64,000 nt of DNA, taken from contig JAFSTN010000044.1 in the NCBI GenBank assembly GCA_017450485.1, forward strand, positions 72,792 to 136,791, written 5' to 3'. Below are positions 9,236 through 18,243 of the stretch, piece by piece. Each line of letters starts with the position of its first letter. Within the stretch, counting starts at the first letter, position 1. This DNA is from Lachnospiraceae bacterium. Its GTDB lineage: Bacteria; Bacillota; Clostridia; Lachnospirales; Lachnospiraceae. The notes beneath the pieces were generated by a model that ran no database searches, was not told the DNA's origin, and was given only the letters and a program-made list of their open reading frames with translations. The position numbers and the translations under genes are program-made.

Positions 9236-10990
9236 TTATCCGAGGGTACTGAGCAGATGCTCAAGCATGCTGTCCACCACATTGATAAAGCGGCTGGCTG
9301 CGTTATATGCATTCTGGAACTGAATCATGAATGTCAGCTCCTCGTCAGTGTTGACGCCCAGTATCTGCTGTCTCGCCGATGAGATCGCGTTAACCGTCTG
9401 GTCCTGAGCATCCTTGATGGTCGTGTATATCTTACCTGAGTTGGATACCTGTGAGATCATCGAATTGTAGAACGAATTGAAGTTCACGGGAGTCGTAACT
9501 CTGGGGTTAAGCGTGTAATCTTCTTTCGTAAATGCTTCCGAGAGCTTTCTCATGGTCTCGTTGTCTTCGCTACCGTCCTCAAGCCTGAAGCCGAGTTGTG
9601 AAGGAGACTGTCTTAAGTCCATATTGATGCGGATATTTGATACGGTGAAACCGTTCCAGTAATCCTGCATACCGGGATCGGGATTATTCAGCGAATCGGG
9701 CTCGCCTGTGGTCGGATCCTTATATACCGGTGATGTGCTGAACATTCTCTCGGGGCCGGTGATCTGCTCGAATATCTGGAGATAGGAATGATCATCATTT
9801 CTCAAATAAGTAGAAGCGGGATATCTCTCGCTCGCTCTGTCGGCGGCATCGGCCAGGATACTGTTGATCTTGGTCGTAACGTTATGTATGAGCGAATCGA
9901 ACTCAGCCTCCACATTCATCAGTACCGACTGGGAGATGGTGGTATCGTAGTAGTCCAGACTGTCAAGCGATACTTCGCCCGGCTTGAGCGGGTCGGGATA
10001 CCTGTTCAGATCCGCAAAGGTCGCATTATGATCGCCTCTGGCATACAGACAGGCCTTTAGCTCGCCAACATCGGTGTTTAATTCGGATGAAATGGGACGG
10101 CTCAGGTCAAACACCTGCGCTCCGGATATAGTCGCGGGATCGACTACCTTCTCTCCGTCGGAATTGAGCTTGTACTCTGCAAGCTGCTTCCAGTACACAC
10201 TGTAGAATCCGGTCTGGGGATCCTGATAGAGTTCCATCTTATTGATCATATCGCCCTTCAGGAGGTCAACACCCTCGAACTGAAGCGATACACAATGGTC
10301 TGAATCCTCTTTCCATGTGATATTACCCATCTGGCCGAGCTTGTCGATCAGGTCGTTACGCTCATCGCGCAGATCGTTCGCATTCTCAACCTCGGCGGAC
10401 TCGATCTTCATGATGTCTATGTTGAGTTCGTAGATTCTCTGGGTCCAGTCATTGATGTTGTTTACGTCATTTTTGATAGTGGTATTTAAGTTGAGCTGAT
10501 AATCACACAGCGAATTGTATACGTTATTCGCCTGAGTGATGAATTCGTAGGATCTCGTAACGAGAAGGTTCTGGTTGACCTCATTGCAGGGATCCTTCAG
10601 AAGCTCCTCAACAGATACCCACAGTTCATCCATGCTCATGGAAAAACTGCGGCCGCCCGCTGATTCGCCCAATATATCCTCCACCTGATTCAGCGCATCC
10701 ACACTTGTCTGATAGAATTCGCTTCGTCCGGATTCTTTACGATAATTAACATCGAGGAAATAATCTCTGACCTGCCTGGTTTCGGCATAGGTGACACCAA
10801 GCCCGAGCTGATCGTAACCGATAGCATGCTGCTTGGAGAAAGTCTGATATGTAGATGTGGCAAGAGATACCTGCTGGCGTGTATAGCCGTCAGTATCAAC
10901 ATTTGTCACATTATGTGCTGTTGTATTCAGAGCATTTGAGGAAATACGGAGTCCCGAAGTTCCCAAATACAGATTGCTGAACAATGACAT
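9236..10990 (-). CDS. Second FlgK-like hook-associated protein (paralog)
   Basis: The N-terminus SLFSNLYLGTSGLRISSNALNTTAHNVTNVDTDGYTRQ and the C-terminus ILGVNTDEELTFMIQFQNAYNAASRFINVV are again FlgK-type termini, with a central domain unrelated to the neighbouring FlgK. Confidence 0.85.
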   Translation of the reverse strand: MSLFSNLYLGTSGLRISSNALNTTAHNVTNVDTDGYTRQQVSLATSTYQTFSKQHAIGYDQLGLGVTYAETRQVRDYFLDVNYRKESGRSEFYQTSVDALNQVEDILGESAGGRSFSMSMDELWVSVEELLKDPCNEVNQNLLVTRSYEFITQANNVYNSLCDYQLNLNTTIKNDVNNINDWTQRIYELNIDIMKIESAEVENANDLRDERNDLIDKLGQMGNITWKEDSDHCVSLQFEGVDLLKGDMINKMELYQDPQTGFYSVYWKQLAEYKLNSDGEKVVDPATISGAQVFDLSRPISSELNTDVGELKACLYARGDHNATFADLNRYPDPLKPGEVSLDSLDYYDTTISQSVLMNVEAEFDSLIHNVTTKINSILADAADRASERYPASTYLRNDDHSYLQIFEQITGPERMFSTSPVYKDPTTGEPDSLNNPDPGMQDYWNGFTVSNIRINMDLRQSPSQLGFRLEDGSEDNETMRKLSEAFTKEDYTLNPRVTTPVNFNSFYNSMISQVSNSGKIYTTIKDAQDQTVNAISSARQQILGVNTDEELTFMIQFQNAYNAASRFINVVDSMLEHLLSTLG

Positions 10991-11032
10991 ATCGAATCAC
11001 CTGTGTTGAAATCGCCCTCGGCGCCGGGGATC

Positions 11033-11551
11033 CTACTGTTTAGCGTCAAATGACTGCTTGTCAACGCCCAGCGTATCACCCGTGCTGTATGCTCCCCTAT
11101 TGTAGTTGGCACTCTCGGGTGCCGATTTGGCTGATTGGAGCATGTTCATATTAAAGTGGACCATGTCAAGTGCGCTTTGAATGAGTTCCGCATTTCTCTC
11201 ATTTACCAGCTTAACCTGCCTGGCGGACGCCATCAGCCTGTCATAGGATTCCGCCAGAGCTCTCTGTTCGGAAGGTCTGCCCGCCATGATCCTTATGAGT
11301 CTCCTGAGACTCATCGTTTCAACATCCTTGTTGAGTACTTGTGCTATGTCCGCGATCGCCTCGTCCATTTTCTTTTCGAGGGTCTGTATGCGGCCCAGCT
11401 GCAGCTGCTCATCATCCGTGATTCGCGCCAGTGCATCCAGATTTTCGGAGACTATTACAGGTGTTTTTGAAAGGGTCAGTTCCAAGAGCTTGTCGTATTC
11501 GGCAGCTTGTTCATCCAGTATGCCGATGAGTGTTTCCATCAAAGACGCCAT
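11033..11551 (-). CDS. flgN: Flagellar export chaperone FlgN
   Basis: 172-aa helical protein (LIGILDEQAAEYDKLLELTLSKTPVIV...) lying between flgM and flgK, as in the Bacillus flgM-flgN(yvyG)-flgK order. Confidence 0.75.
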   Translation of the reverse strand: MASLMETLIGILDEQAAEYDKLLELTLSKTPVIVSENLDALARITDDEQLQLGRIQTLEKKMDEAIADIAQVLNKDVETMSLRRLIRIMAGRPSEQRALAESYDRLMASARQVKLVNERNAELIQSALDMVHFNMNMLQSAKSAPESANYNRGAYSTGDTLGVDKQSFDAKQ

Positions 11552-11573
11552 CCTAATCTCCTAAATCCGAATG

Positions 11574-11858
11574 TCAGATAAGTGATGCTCCGAATTTCTC
11601 GAGCAATTTGTCGGCAAAGCTCTCTGCGCTTACTTCATAAGTACCTGCAGCGATCTGAGCCTTGATAGGTTCGGTTTTCTCAGATCTGATATCAGGTGCA
11701 TTTGCTACAGCCTGCTTAGCGGTCTGGATATCCTTTCCTATACTGGAGAGTTGCAGTTTATCAACGAAGCTTGTACCTGTCTTGGCTACAGCCTGAGGCT
11801 TCTTGGCAGCCTGTGCCTGATAAACCGATGTGATCTGATTATACGCATCTATACGCAT
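11574..11858 (-). CDS. flgM: Anti-sigma-28 factor FlgM
   Basis: 94 aa from ATG 11858 (MRIDAYNQITSVYQ...), with SD GGAGGAG 7 nt upstream. The C-terminal segment IKAQIAAGTYEVSAESFADKLL is typical of FlgM. The track start at 11897 is probably too long. Confidence 0.85.
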   Translation of the reverse strand: MRIDAYNQITSVYQAQAAKKPQAVAKTGTSFVDKLQLSSIGKDIQTAKQAVANAPDIRSEKTEPIKAQIAAGTYEVSAESFADKLLEKFGASLI

Positions 11859-11914
11859 TGCATTTCTCCTCCTTCCATGCAAAGTATGATCGAGCATTCA
11901 AATCTCTGCTTATT

Positions 11915-11941
11915 ATATCGGACGAAATGCTCACGACTTTA
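11915..11941 (-). promoter_or_regulatory. Sigma-28 (SigD/FliA)-type promoter of the flgM operon
   Basis: The minus strand reads TAAA-N15-TCCGATAT, against the consensus TAAA-N15-GCCGATAT. The -10 ends about 57 nt upstream of the flgM ATG. Confidence 0.65.
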
Positions 11942-12031
11942 GAGGGCATGGCAAATTATTTTACGTTTTTTTCATGTATTTATGTATAATGTATATTATG
12001 AGCGAGAAAAAAGCCAAAAGGAGGCATACAT

Positions 12032-12433
12032 ATGAAAGCATTCTTCGCAGAATTCAAAAAGTTCGTACTTCGCGGTAATGTGATCGATCTGGCAGTCGGT
12101 GTGATCATCGGTGCCGCATTCCAGGCAATAGTGACCAGCCTGGTCGATGACATCATTTCCCCTCTGATCGGGCTTGTAGCCAACACTGACTTAAGCGCAA
12201 TGGTTGCTACGGTCGGCGATGTTGAGATCCGCTGGGGCGCATTCATAACCGCAATCATCAACTTCATAATAATGGCGTTCGTGATCTTCCTGATCGTCAA
12301 GGCCATCAACAAGGCTGCCGAGCTTGGCAAGAAGAAAGCGGAAGAGACACCGACTACGAAGAAGTGCCCGTACTGCAAGAGCGAGATCCCGATAGAGGCG
12401 ACCCGCTGCCCTCACTGCACGTCGGAGTTGTAA
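12032..12433 (+). CDS. mscL: Large-conductance mechanosensitive channel MscL with C-terminal CxxC...CxxC zinc-ribbon tail
   Basis: [40 protein letters not shown] is the canonical MscL TM1 region, and SD AAAGGAGG lies upstream. The tail is [24 protein letters not shown]. Confidence 0.95.
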   Translation: MKAFFAEFKKFVLRGNVIDLAVGVIIGAAFQAIVTSLVDDIISPLIGLVANTDLSAMVATVGDVEIRWGAFITAIINFIIMAFVIFLIVKAINKAAELGKKKAEETPTTKKCPYCKSEIPIEATRCPHCTSEL

Positions 12434-12444
12434 GAAAGCGAAAA

Positions 12445-12524
12445 CTCGCAGGTGCACATATACGATCCCCCTTGCTGCGACCCGACAGTACTCGCTGCGG
12501 GGGACATATATGCACACCTGCGAG
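12445..12524 (-). repeat. Hairpin repeat copy 2
   Basis: Same 33-nt core. The flanks CTCGCAGGTGCACATATACGATCCCC and GGGGACATATATGCACACCTGCGAG pair. The three non-Watson-Crick positions are C-A on the plus strand but G-U on the minus strand. It lies 10 nt after the stop of the GT2 gene (12535) and convergent with mscL. Confidence 0.9.
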
Positions 12525-12534
12525 TGATATCATT

Positions 12535-13593
12535 CTATCCGATGATCCGACGGGCTGTGTTGGCCCATAATTCAAGTTGGATGAGAATATAATGGCCCAG
12601 GTTGCGAAGTCTGAAACGGACTTTGTGCCTGCGGCCATTCTTTATGTCCCGCCCGCATAGTCCGAATCCCCGGCAAAGTCCGCGCAGATAGGTGAATCCC
12701 ATCATTCTCGCCGAGAAAAAGAGAGTCTTGATGAGAAAGCCGACGATCAGAAGCGGCAGATTGATGATGAACTGCACGAGCGGCATGTTCTTGTAGATGA
12801 TATATACGCTGTTCTGTGCAGCCAGATTCACCTTGAACCGGTTATACCGGGAGCCCGACACGGCACTGCCGGCATGAAGTATCTCCGATGCGGGTTCATA
12901 CACATTCTTAAAGCCCATGATCCGGGCTCTGTACCCCACATCTATATCCTCGAGGTATGCGAAATGCTCCTCGTCAAACGTTCCCACATCCGTAAAAGAG
13001 CGCATCCGATACATAACAGCTGCTCCGCAACAGGCAAATACGCGACAGGGGCGGTCGTAGGCTTCGGCCGGCTTTCCTTTTCCGGGAGTAAAAGCCCATC
13101 CGAGTGCGGAATACAGGTCACCGCAGTCATCTATCCTGTCCGGATCCTTCATACTCAATATCCGTGACTGCGCGGAAAATATACACTCGTCACTGTCCAG
13201 CCTCTGCTCGAGTGCAGCTATCGCGCCCGTGCGGATGACAGTATCGTTATTGAGCAGGAAAACATAAGGAGTCTTAATATGCTCCAGGCCCACATTTACA
13301 GCTTTGCAGAAGCCGGTATTCTCGGAAAGCGGGATTAATAACACGTGTTCGTATACTGGCAGAGCATCACCTGATATGTGTGCTTCCAGCACTTCACGCG
13401 AACCGTCACAGGATCCGTTATCAACTACAACGATCGGGTAATCGCCATCGGCCATGACGCTCTCTATGCAGGCTTCGATATAATCGATGCCGTTGTAATT
13501 CGGTATAAGTACGGTAGTACGGGCCATTCGGTTTACTCGCTTTCTTTGGCTTTTTGCTCGAGCTTTTCTTTGGCTTTTATGCTCGCGGATCAT
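12535..13593 (-). CDS. Family 2 glycosyltransferase (rhamnosyltransferase-like)
   Basis: TVLIPNYNGIDYIEACIESV, VVVDNGSCDGS and LLNNDTV are GT-A/GT2 signatures. An alternative start at ATG 13527 (MARTTVLIPNYNG) would remove the K/R-rich extension and the 17-nt overlap with the upstream gene. Confidence 0.85.
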   Translation of the reverse strand: MIREHKSQRKARAKSQRKRVNRMARTTVLIPNYNGIDYIEACIESVMADGDYPIVVVDNGSCDGSREVLEAHISGDALPVYEHVLLIPLSENTGFCKAVNVGLEHIKTPYVFLLNNDTVIRTGAIAALEQRLDSDECIFSAQSRILSMKDPDRIDDCGDLYSALGWAFTPGKGKPAEAYDRPCRVFACCGAAVMYRMRSFTDVGTFDEEHFAYLEDIDVGYRARIMGFKNVYEPASEILHAGSAVSGSRYNRFKVNLAAQNSVYIIYKNMPLVQFIINLPLLIVGFLIKTLFFSARMMGFTYLRGLCRGFGLCGRDIKNGRRHKVRFRLRNLGHYILIQLELWANTARRIIG

Positions 13594-14983
13594 ACAGTAT
13601 CAGATAACCCTGCCTGTGCAGTTCTTCCGCGAAAGCCCGGTCAATGTCGGCTTTCCCTGCATCCTCTCCGGCTTTAGCGGCTTTGGTTGCCTTAGCCTCA
13701 CTGAGCAGTTCTGCAAGCTCCGGGCGGACCGTTACATGATCTATATCGGCCATATACACGTCCTGAGTACAGTCAAATCTGTTCAGCTCTCCCGCATAAT
13801 TTTTCGGTGTACCCGCATAGAGCCATTTTCCGGCTTTATCCGCGATGCATTCCGTCATCCGTCCGCGGCTGTCCAGAACACGTCCGATCACGGCGCCCAC
13901 ATCCGGACGAAGCGCGAAGAATGATTTATAGTCTCCAACACCCCAGTCGACATCATAGAAGCCACGATGCTTACTGTGCGAGACCCTGGGATAATCGCTG
14001 TCCGTGCTCATATTACGGCGGCAGAGTGTATTGACCATATCGGTCACTGCTTTTAATCCGGCTTCATAAGCGTATTCCTTACTGGATGTATTTGCGGCGG
14101 TACTGCCCCTGTGGCTCCTCCAGTGATACAGGACACGGGGTATATGAACGATATAATCGGACAGCTCATATGGCTGCAGGCCGTAATCACTGATCAGAGA
14201 TATGACCAGCTGCAAAACCAGATCATAATCCTGTGCTCCGTCATAAGCCGGTCTGAACTTGATAGTTTTAAGCATATCCTTGCGTACCAGCATTAAATGA
14301 CATATGTAATTATTGGTCATGAGCAGATCAAAGTTGAACTCATACTTCCTATGAGGATCGAAATATGATTTCACATGTCTGTCATCTTCCGAAAGCTTAT
14401 CCTCATCGGAATACAGCATCATCGGGTTATCCCGGCTGACTATCGTTTTCGCCATGTGATACAAGGCATCAGGGGGCAGCACATCATCATGATCCATGAA
14501 TCCTATATAATCGCATCCGCCTCCGGTTGTATCATCCAGAGCCATTTCCACTCCGGCATTGGTATTCCCGGATATGCCCATGTTGGATCCCAGCTCGACA
14601 TATCTGATTCGCGGTTCAGACGTGCATTTATCAGCCCATCTCCTGACGATATCATTATCACTGTCGGATGCATCAGCAATAACGAGTTTCCAATGGGGAT
14701 ATGACTGCCTGAGCACCGAGCCTAATGCCTCACGGAAAAAGTGCTCATCGGGATTATAAGCCGGCATAACTATAGTTATAGAAGGCCATCCTTCAGCATC
14801 AGCCGTTTCTTTACGCTGTTTTGCAAGTTCTCCGTCATCAGGCATCACATAGCTGTAATGGTTGTTCGCACGCGCTCCAAGCCGCTCCACAGCAGCAAAG
14901 AATGTATCACGAAACCCGTTACGCTTAAGATATTTCATGGTTTTTGCCAGATCGGACTGAAATCTCTTTTTCATACCTATCAT
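13577..14983 (-). CDS. Family 2 glycosyltransferase
   Basis: 468 aa with ITIVMPAYNPDEHFFREALGSVLRQSY, GISGNTNAG and FMDHDDVL (DxD), plus a C-terminal extension. Confidence 0.85.
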   Translation of the reverse strand: MIGMKKRFQSDLAKTMKYLKRNGFRDTFFAAVERLGARANNHYSYVMPDDGELAKQRKETADAEGWPSITIVMPAYNPDEHFFREALGSVLRQSYPHWKLVIADASDSDNDIVRRWADKCTSEPRIRYVELGSNMGISGNTNAGVEMALDDTTGGGCDYIGFMDHDDVLPPDALYHMAKTIVSRDNPMMLYSDEDKLSEDDRHVKSYFDPHRKYEFNFDLLMTNNYICHLMLVRKDMLKTIKFRPAYDGAQDYDLVLQLVISLISDYGLQPYELSDYIVHIPRVLYHWRSHRGSTAANTSSKEYAYEAGLKAVTDMVNTLCRRNMSTDSDYPRVSHSKHRGFYDVDWGVGDYKSFFALRPDVGAVIGRVLDSRGRMTECIADKAGKWLYAGTPKNYAGELNRFDCTQDVYMADIDHVTVRPELAELLSEAKATKAAKAGEDAGKADIDRAFAEELHRQGYLILYDPRA

Positions 14984-15043
14984 TATAGCAACAACCTGAC
15001 AGATGTATCAAATGATTGACACCCGTAAATATTCGGACCTTTT

Positions 15044-15054
15044 TGTGGTATACT
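15044..15054 (+). promoter_or_regulatory. Extended -10 promoter element (TGTGgTATACT) for the DUF975 gene
   Basis: A TRTG-type -16 element plus TATACT lies about 64 nt upstream of the ATG. The same 11-mer occurs upstream of the phosphohexomutase gene. No well-spaced -35 is present. Confidence 0.4.
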
Positions 15055-15117
15055 ATGGTTTAAATGTCAGGGACGATTCCCTGCAAAATACAAATATAGG
15101 TATGAAAGGATAAGAAT

Positions 15118-16353
15118 ATGAACCCTAAAATTGACAGAGCTTCTATCAAACTTCAGTCGAAGCAGCAGTTACAGGGCAAGATATGGATGACTTTCCTGTG
15201 CGTCCTGGTTGCTTCGCTCATAGGCGGAGCTATCGGAGGGATTCCGTCTAAGGTAATGCAGTATACCGACTCAGGTATCGTATGGTTTATTGCATGGGCT
15301 GTATATGTGGCTGCTCTCATCATGATCGCCATGCCCATAAATGTAGGTCTGACCAAGGTCTACCTGAACATCACTTACGGATACAAACCGAGCCTTGCTA
15401 CACTGTTTGAGCCTTTTGGCAAAAATTATAAGAACAGTGTCCTCACTCCTTTGCTTGTCAGCGTTTATGAGTTTCTGTGGTATATCCCGTTCTTCATCGT
15501 AAGCATCATCATTTCCGCGATAGCCTTTGCCGGAGCTATATATACCATCGGCGAAGATATCATGGACCTGTTTCTGTACGGCGACATGCCAAGCAGCGGA
15601 AGCATAGCAGGTGTTATAGGCGCGCTTTTCGGGATTTACCTGATCATTCTGCTCATGATGATCCCTTATATTATCATAGTCAACGCTTATGCCCAGTCGG
15701 TATATGTGTTATGCGAATATCCGGATATGACTCCCTCACAGTGCATCTCGGCCAGCAAGGCCATGATGAAGGGACGCAGATGGGAACTCTTTGTACTCAA
15801 CCTTTCATTTATCCTCTGGTATCTGCTGGTGGTTGTTACATTCGGTATCGCGATCATCTATGTCGGACCGTACGTATCGGTGACTCTGACCAACTATTAT
15901 CACCGGATAAAGGGTGGTTATACGGGCCCCGATGCGTATAATAACGGCAGTTATGGTCCTGATGGAGGCTATGGTCAGCCCCAATATGGACAGTCACAGT
16001 ACGGTCAGCCGATGCAGGGCCAGCAGTACGGTGCCACCACTCAGACCCAGGCTCCTTACGTTTACGGCGGACAGTCCGCGCAGAACCAGGCTCCTTACGG
16101 TTACGGTGGACAACCGGCTCAGAATCAGCAGTTCGGTACACCCTCTCAGCCTAAATACGATCCGAATACCGGCGAACCTCTTCAGCCGTCGGCACCCGGG
16201 TACGCACAAACCGCTGATCAGGTCGTAACCGGAGCCGAGCAGACCGCCGATCAGATCGTATCACAGGCCGAGCAGACAGTATCCGAGAGCCGGCAGGCAC
16301 TCGATCAGGCTTCGCACGATATGATGACAAACTTTGATGACTATACGAAATAA
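15118..16353 (+). CDS. DUF975-like integral membrane protein with Q/G/Y/P-rich C-terminal tail
   Basis: The N-terminal amphipathic start (RASIKLQSKQQLQGKIW) and about 6 TM segments resemble DUF975 proteins. The last ~140 aa are low-complexity and include a 13-aa tandem repeat, QAPY(V/G)YGGQ(S/P)AQN. Confidence 0.6.
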   Translation: MNPKIDRASIKLQSKQQLQGKIWMTFLCVLVASLIGGAIGGIPSKVMQYTDSGIVWFIAWAVYVAALIMIAMPINVGLTKVYLNITYGYKPSLATLFEPFGKNYKNSVLTPLLVSVYEFLWYIPFFIVSIIISAIAFAGAIYTIGEDIMDLFLYGDMPSSGSIAGVIGALFGIYLIILLMMIPYIIIVNAYAQSVYVLCEYPDMTPSQCISASKAMMKGRRWELFVLNLSFILWYLLVVVTFGIAIIYVGPYVSVTLTNYYHRIKGGYTGPDAYNNGSYGPDGGYGQPQYGQSQYGQPMQGQQYGATTQTQAPYVYGGQSAQNQAPYGYGGQPAQNQQFGTPSQPKYDPNTGEPLQPSAPGYAQTADQVVTGAEQTADQIVSQAEQTVSESRQALDQASHDMMTNFDDYTK

Positions 16354-16364
16354 AGACTGCATTG

Positions 16365-16393
16365 AAAAAGGCCCCCGGCGGGGGCCTTTTTTT
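16365..16393. terminator. Bidirectional intrinsic terminator
   Basis: AAAAA-GGCCCCC-GGC-GGGGGCC-TTTTTTT: a GC stem flanked by an A-tract and a T-tract, between convergent genes. The T-tract overlaps the phosphohexomutase stop codon. Confidence 0.85.
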
Positions 16394-18119
16394 AGATATT
16401 TGCTTTAACAGCCTCTGTCAATGCTTCCAGCTTTTTAGCCGCATCATCTGCGCTCGTTCCCTTGACTCCCATATAGAACTTGATCTTCGGCTCAGTACCC
16501 GAAGGCCTTGCACAACACCAGTTATTATCCGGCAGATCGAAGTAGAGTACGTTGGATGCAGGCAGGCCTGTTGGTGATTTTGCACCGGTCTCCATATCCA
16601 GAATATCTCCGGTCTTGTAATCTCTGAATTTCAGTACCTTCAGATCGCCGAAGCTCTTCGGAGGATCGTTTCTGAGCTTGTCCATGGTTGCCTGGATCTG
16701 CTTTGCTCCATCCGCGCCCTTCATGGTGATCGTGTACTGTGTCTCTTTGAAGTATCCGTATTTCTCATAGAGCTCGTTCATCATATCGCAGAGAGTCTTA
16801 CCGTTCTTCTTGCAGAAGGAAGCGACCTCACACAACATCATGACTGCTACGATAGCGTCCTTATCTCTCGCATGGGTACCGGCCAGACATCCGTATGACT
16901 CCTCAAGGCCGAATACATAGTTGTTATCCTTGTTACCGGCCTGCTCGAAGAGTTTTATCTGCTCTCCGATGTATTTGAAACCGGTCAGGACCTCGATCAG
17001 CTTGACGCCGTAGCTTGCTGTTATCGGGAAAGTCATGTTTGTGGTTACTATAGTCGTTACCATAGTAGGATTGGCGGGCATAGTGCCTGTGGCTTTTCTC
17101 TCACGCAGGATGTACTCTGCGATCAGCATACCCGACATATTTCCGGTAAAAGCCATATATTCGCCGGTCCCCGAATCCTTGGCATATACACCGAGACGAT
17201 CGGCATCAGGGTCGGTAGCAAGCACGATATCCGCATCTTTTTCCTTAGCCAGGTTCAGAGCATAGGTAAACGCTTTGGGATCCTCGGGGTTAGGATAATC
17301 AAGAGTGGTAAAATCGGGATCCGGGCCGGTCTGCTCGGGAACCACATATACATTCTCGAAGCCGAGTTCCTTAAGGATCCTCTGCGTAGGCTTGTTACCT
17401 GCTCCGCAAAGAGGCGTATATACGATCTTGAGATCTTTTGCAACAGCAGCGATCACATCGGGATGAATGATCTGCTTCTTGAGCTCTGCCATATATTTAT
17501 CGTCTATAGCCGAACCGATCTCCTCATAGAGGCCTGCCGATTTAGCTTCATCCACGGTCATTTTCCTGCAGTCGCTGTAGTTGACGATTGCCTGAACCTC
17601 TCCGATTATGCCTGTGTCGTGAGGAGGAGTGACCTGGGCACCGTCTTCCCAATATACCTTGTATCCGTTATATTCGGGGGGATTGTGGCTGGCGGTTACG
17701 TTGATACCGGCTGTGCAGCCCAGCTCTCTGACTGCGAAAGACAGCTCGGGAGTGGGTCTGAGCTCATCAAACACGTAAGCCTTGATGCCATTTGCTGCCA
17801 GACATGTAGCAGCAATATCGGCGAACTCACGTCCCATGCGGCGGCAGTCATAGGCGATGGCAACACCTTTGGACTGTGTCCCGGCCTTGATTATATAGTT
17901 TGCAAGGCCCTGTGTAGCCTTGTGTACGGTATATATGTTCATGCGGTTGGTACCGGCACCGATCACTCCGCGCAGTCCGCCGGTCCCGAACTCGAGCTCT
18001 TTGTAGAAACGATCCTCGATTTCTTTGTCATCACCCTCTATAGCCTTGAGTTCAGCCTTGGTCGCGTCATCGAACCAGGGATCCTCCAACCACTTACGAT
18101 ATTCGTCCTGATAGCTCAT
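16392..18119 (-). CDS. Phosphoglucomutase/phosphomannomutase-family phosphohexomutase (PgcA-like)
   Basis: 575 aa. The active-site loop TASHNPPEYNGYK, the metal loop ATDPDADR and the sugar loop GLEESYG are present. SD AAGGAGG lies upstream. Confidence 0.9.
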   Translation of the reverse strand: MSYQDEYRKWLEDPWFDDATKAELKAIEGDDKEIEDRFYKELEFGTGGLRGVIGAGTNRMNIYTVHKATQGLANYIIKAGTQSKGVAIAYDCRRMGREFADIAATCLAANGIKAYVFDELRPTPELSFAVRELGCTAGINVTASHNPPEYNGYKVYWEDGAQVTPPHDTGIIGEVQAIVNYSDCRKMTVDEAKSAGLYEEIGSAIDDKYMAELKKQIIHPDVIAAVAKDLKIVYTPLCGAGNKPTQRILKELGFENVYVVPEQTGPDPDFTTLDYPNPEDPKAFTYALNLAKEKDADIVLATDPDADRLGVYAKDSGTGEYMAFTGNMSGMLIAEYILRERKATGTMPANPTMVTTIVTTNMTFPITASYGVKLIEVLTGFKYIGEQIKLFEQAGNKDNNYVFGLEESYGCLAGTHARDKDAIVAVMMLCEVASFCKKNGKTLCDMMNELYEKYGYFKETQYTITMKGADGAKQIQATMDKLRNDPPKSFGDLKVLKFRDYKTGDILDMETGAKSPTGLPASNVLYFDLPDNNWCCARPSGTEPKIKFYMGVKGTSADDAAKKLEALTEAVKANI

Positions 18120-18167
18120 ATGTTTTCCTCCTTACTGATTAGTGTAATGAATGACATCACAACTTTA

Positions 18168-18178
18168 AGTATACCACA
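18168..18178 (-). promoter_or_regulatory. Extended -10 promoter element (TGTGgTATACT) for the phosphohexomutase gene
   Basis: The minus strand reads TTTTTTTGTGGTATACT, about 48 nt upstream of ATG 18119. The motif is identical to 15044-15054. Confidence 0.4.
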
Positions 18179-18208
18179 AAAAAAGTCCGATTACCTATTG
18201 CGGAACAA

Positions 18209-18237
18209 TTGATAACCGAACATATGTTTGATATAAT
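18209..18237 (+). promoter_or_regulatory. Near-consensus sigma-A promoter of the small-ORF transcript
   Basis: TTGATA-N17-TATAAT with an extended -10 (TGaTATAAT). The predicted +1 (7 nt downstream) is G 18244, exactly the first base of the long closing helix. Confidence 0.7.
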
Positions 18238-18243
18238 ATATGA

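Noticed and set aside
12191-12638. Minus-strand ORFs of 108 and 94 aa spanning the mscL 3' end and repeat copy 2
   Set aside because: They overlap the strongly supported mscL gene and the hairpin repeat. Their composition is Arg/Ala-rich with no start context.
15016-15021. TTGACA hexamer as the -35 of the DUF975 gene promoter
   Set aside because: It lies 27 nt from the TATACT -10, which is too far. Only the extended -10 element is reported.
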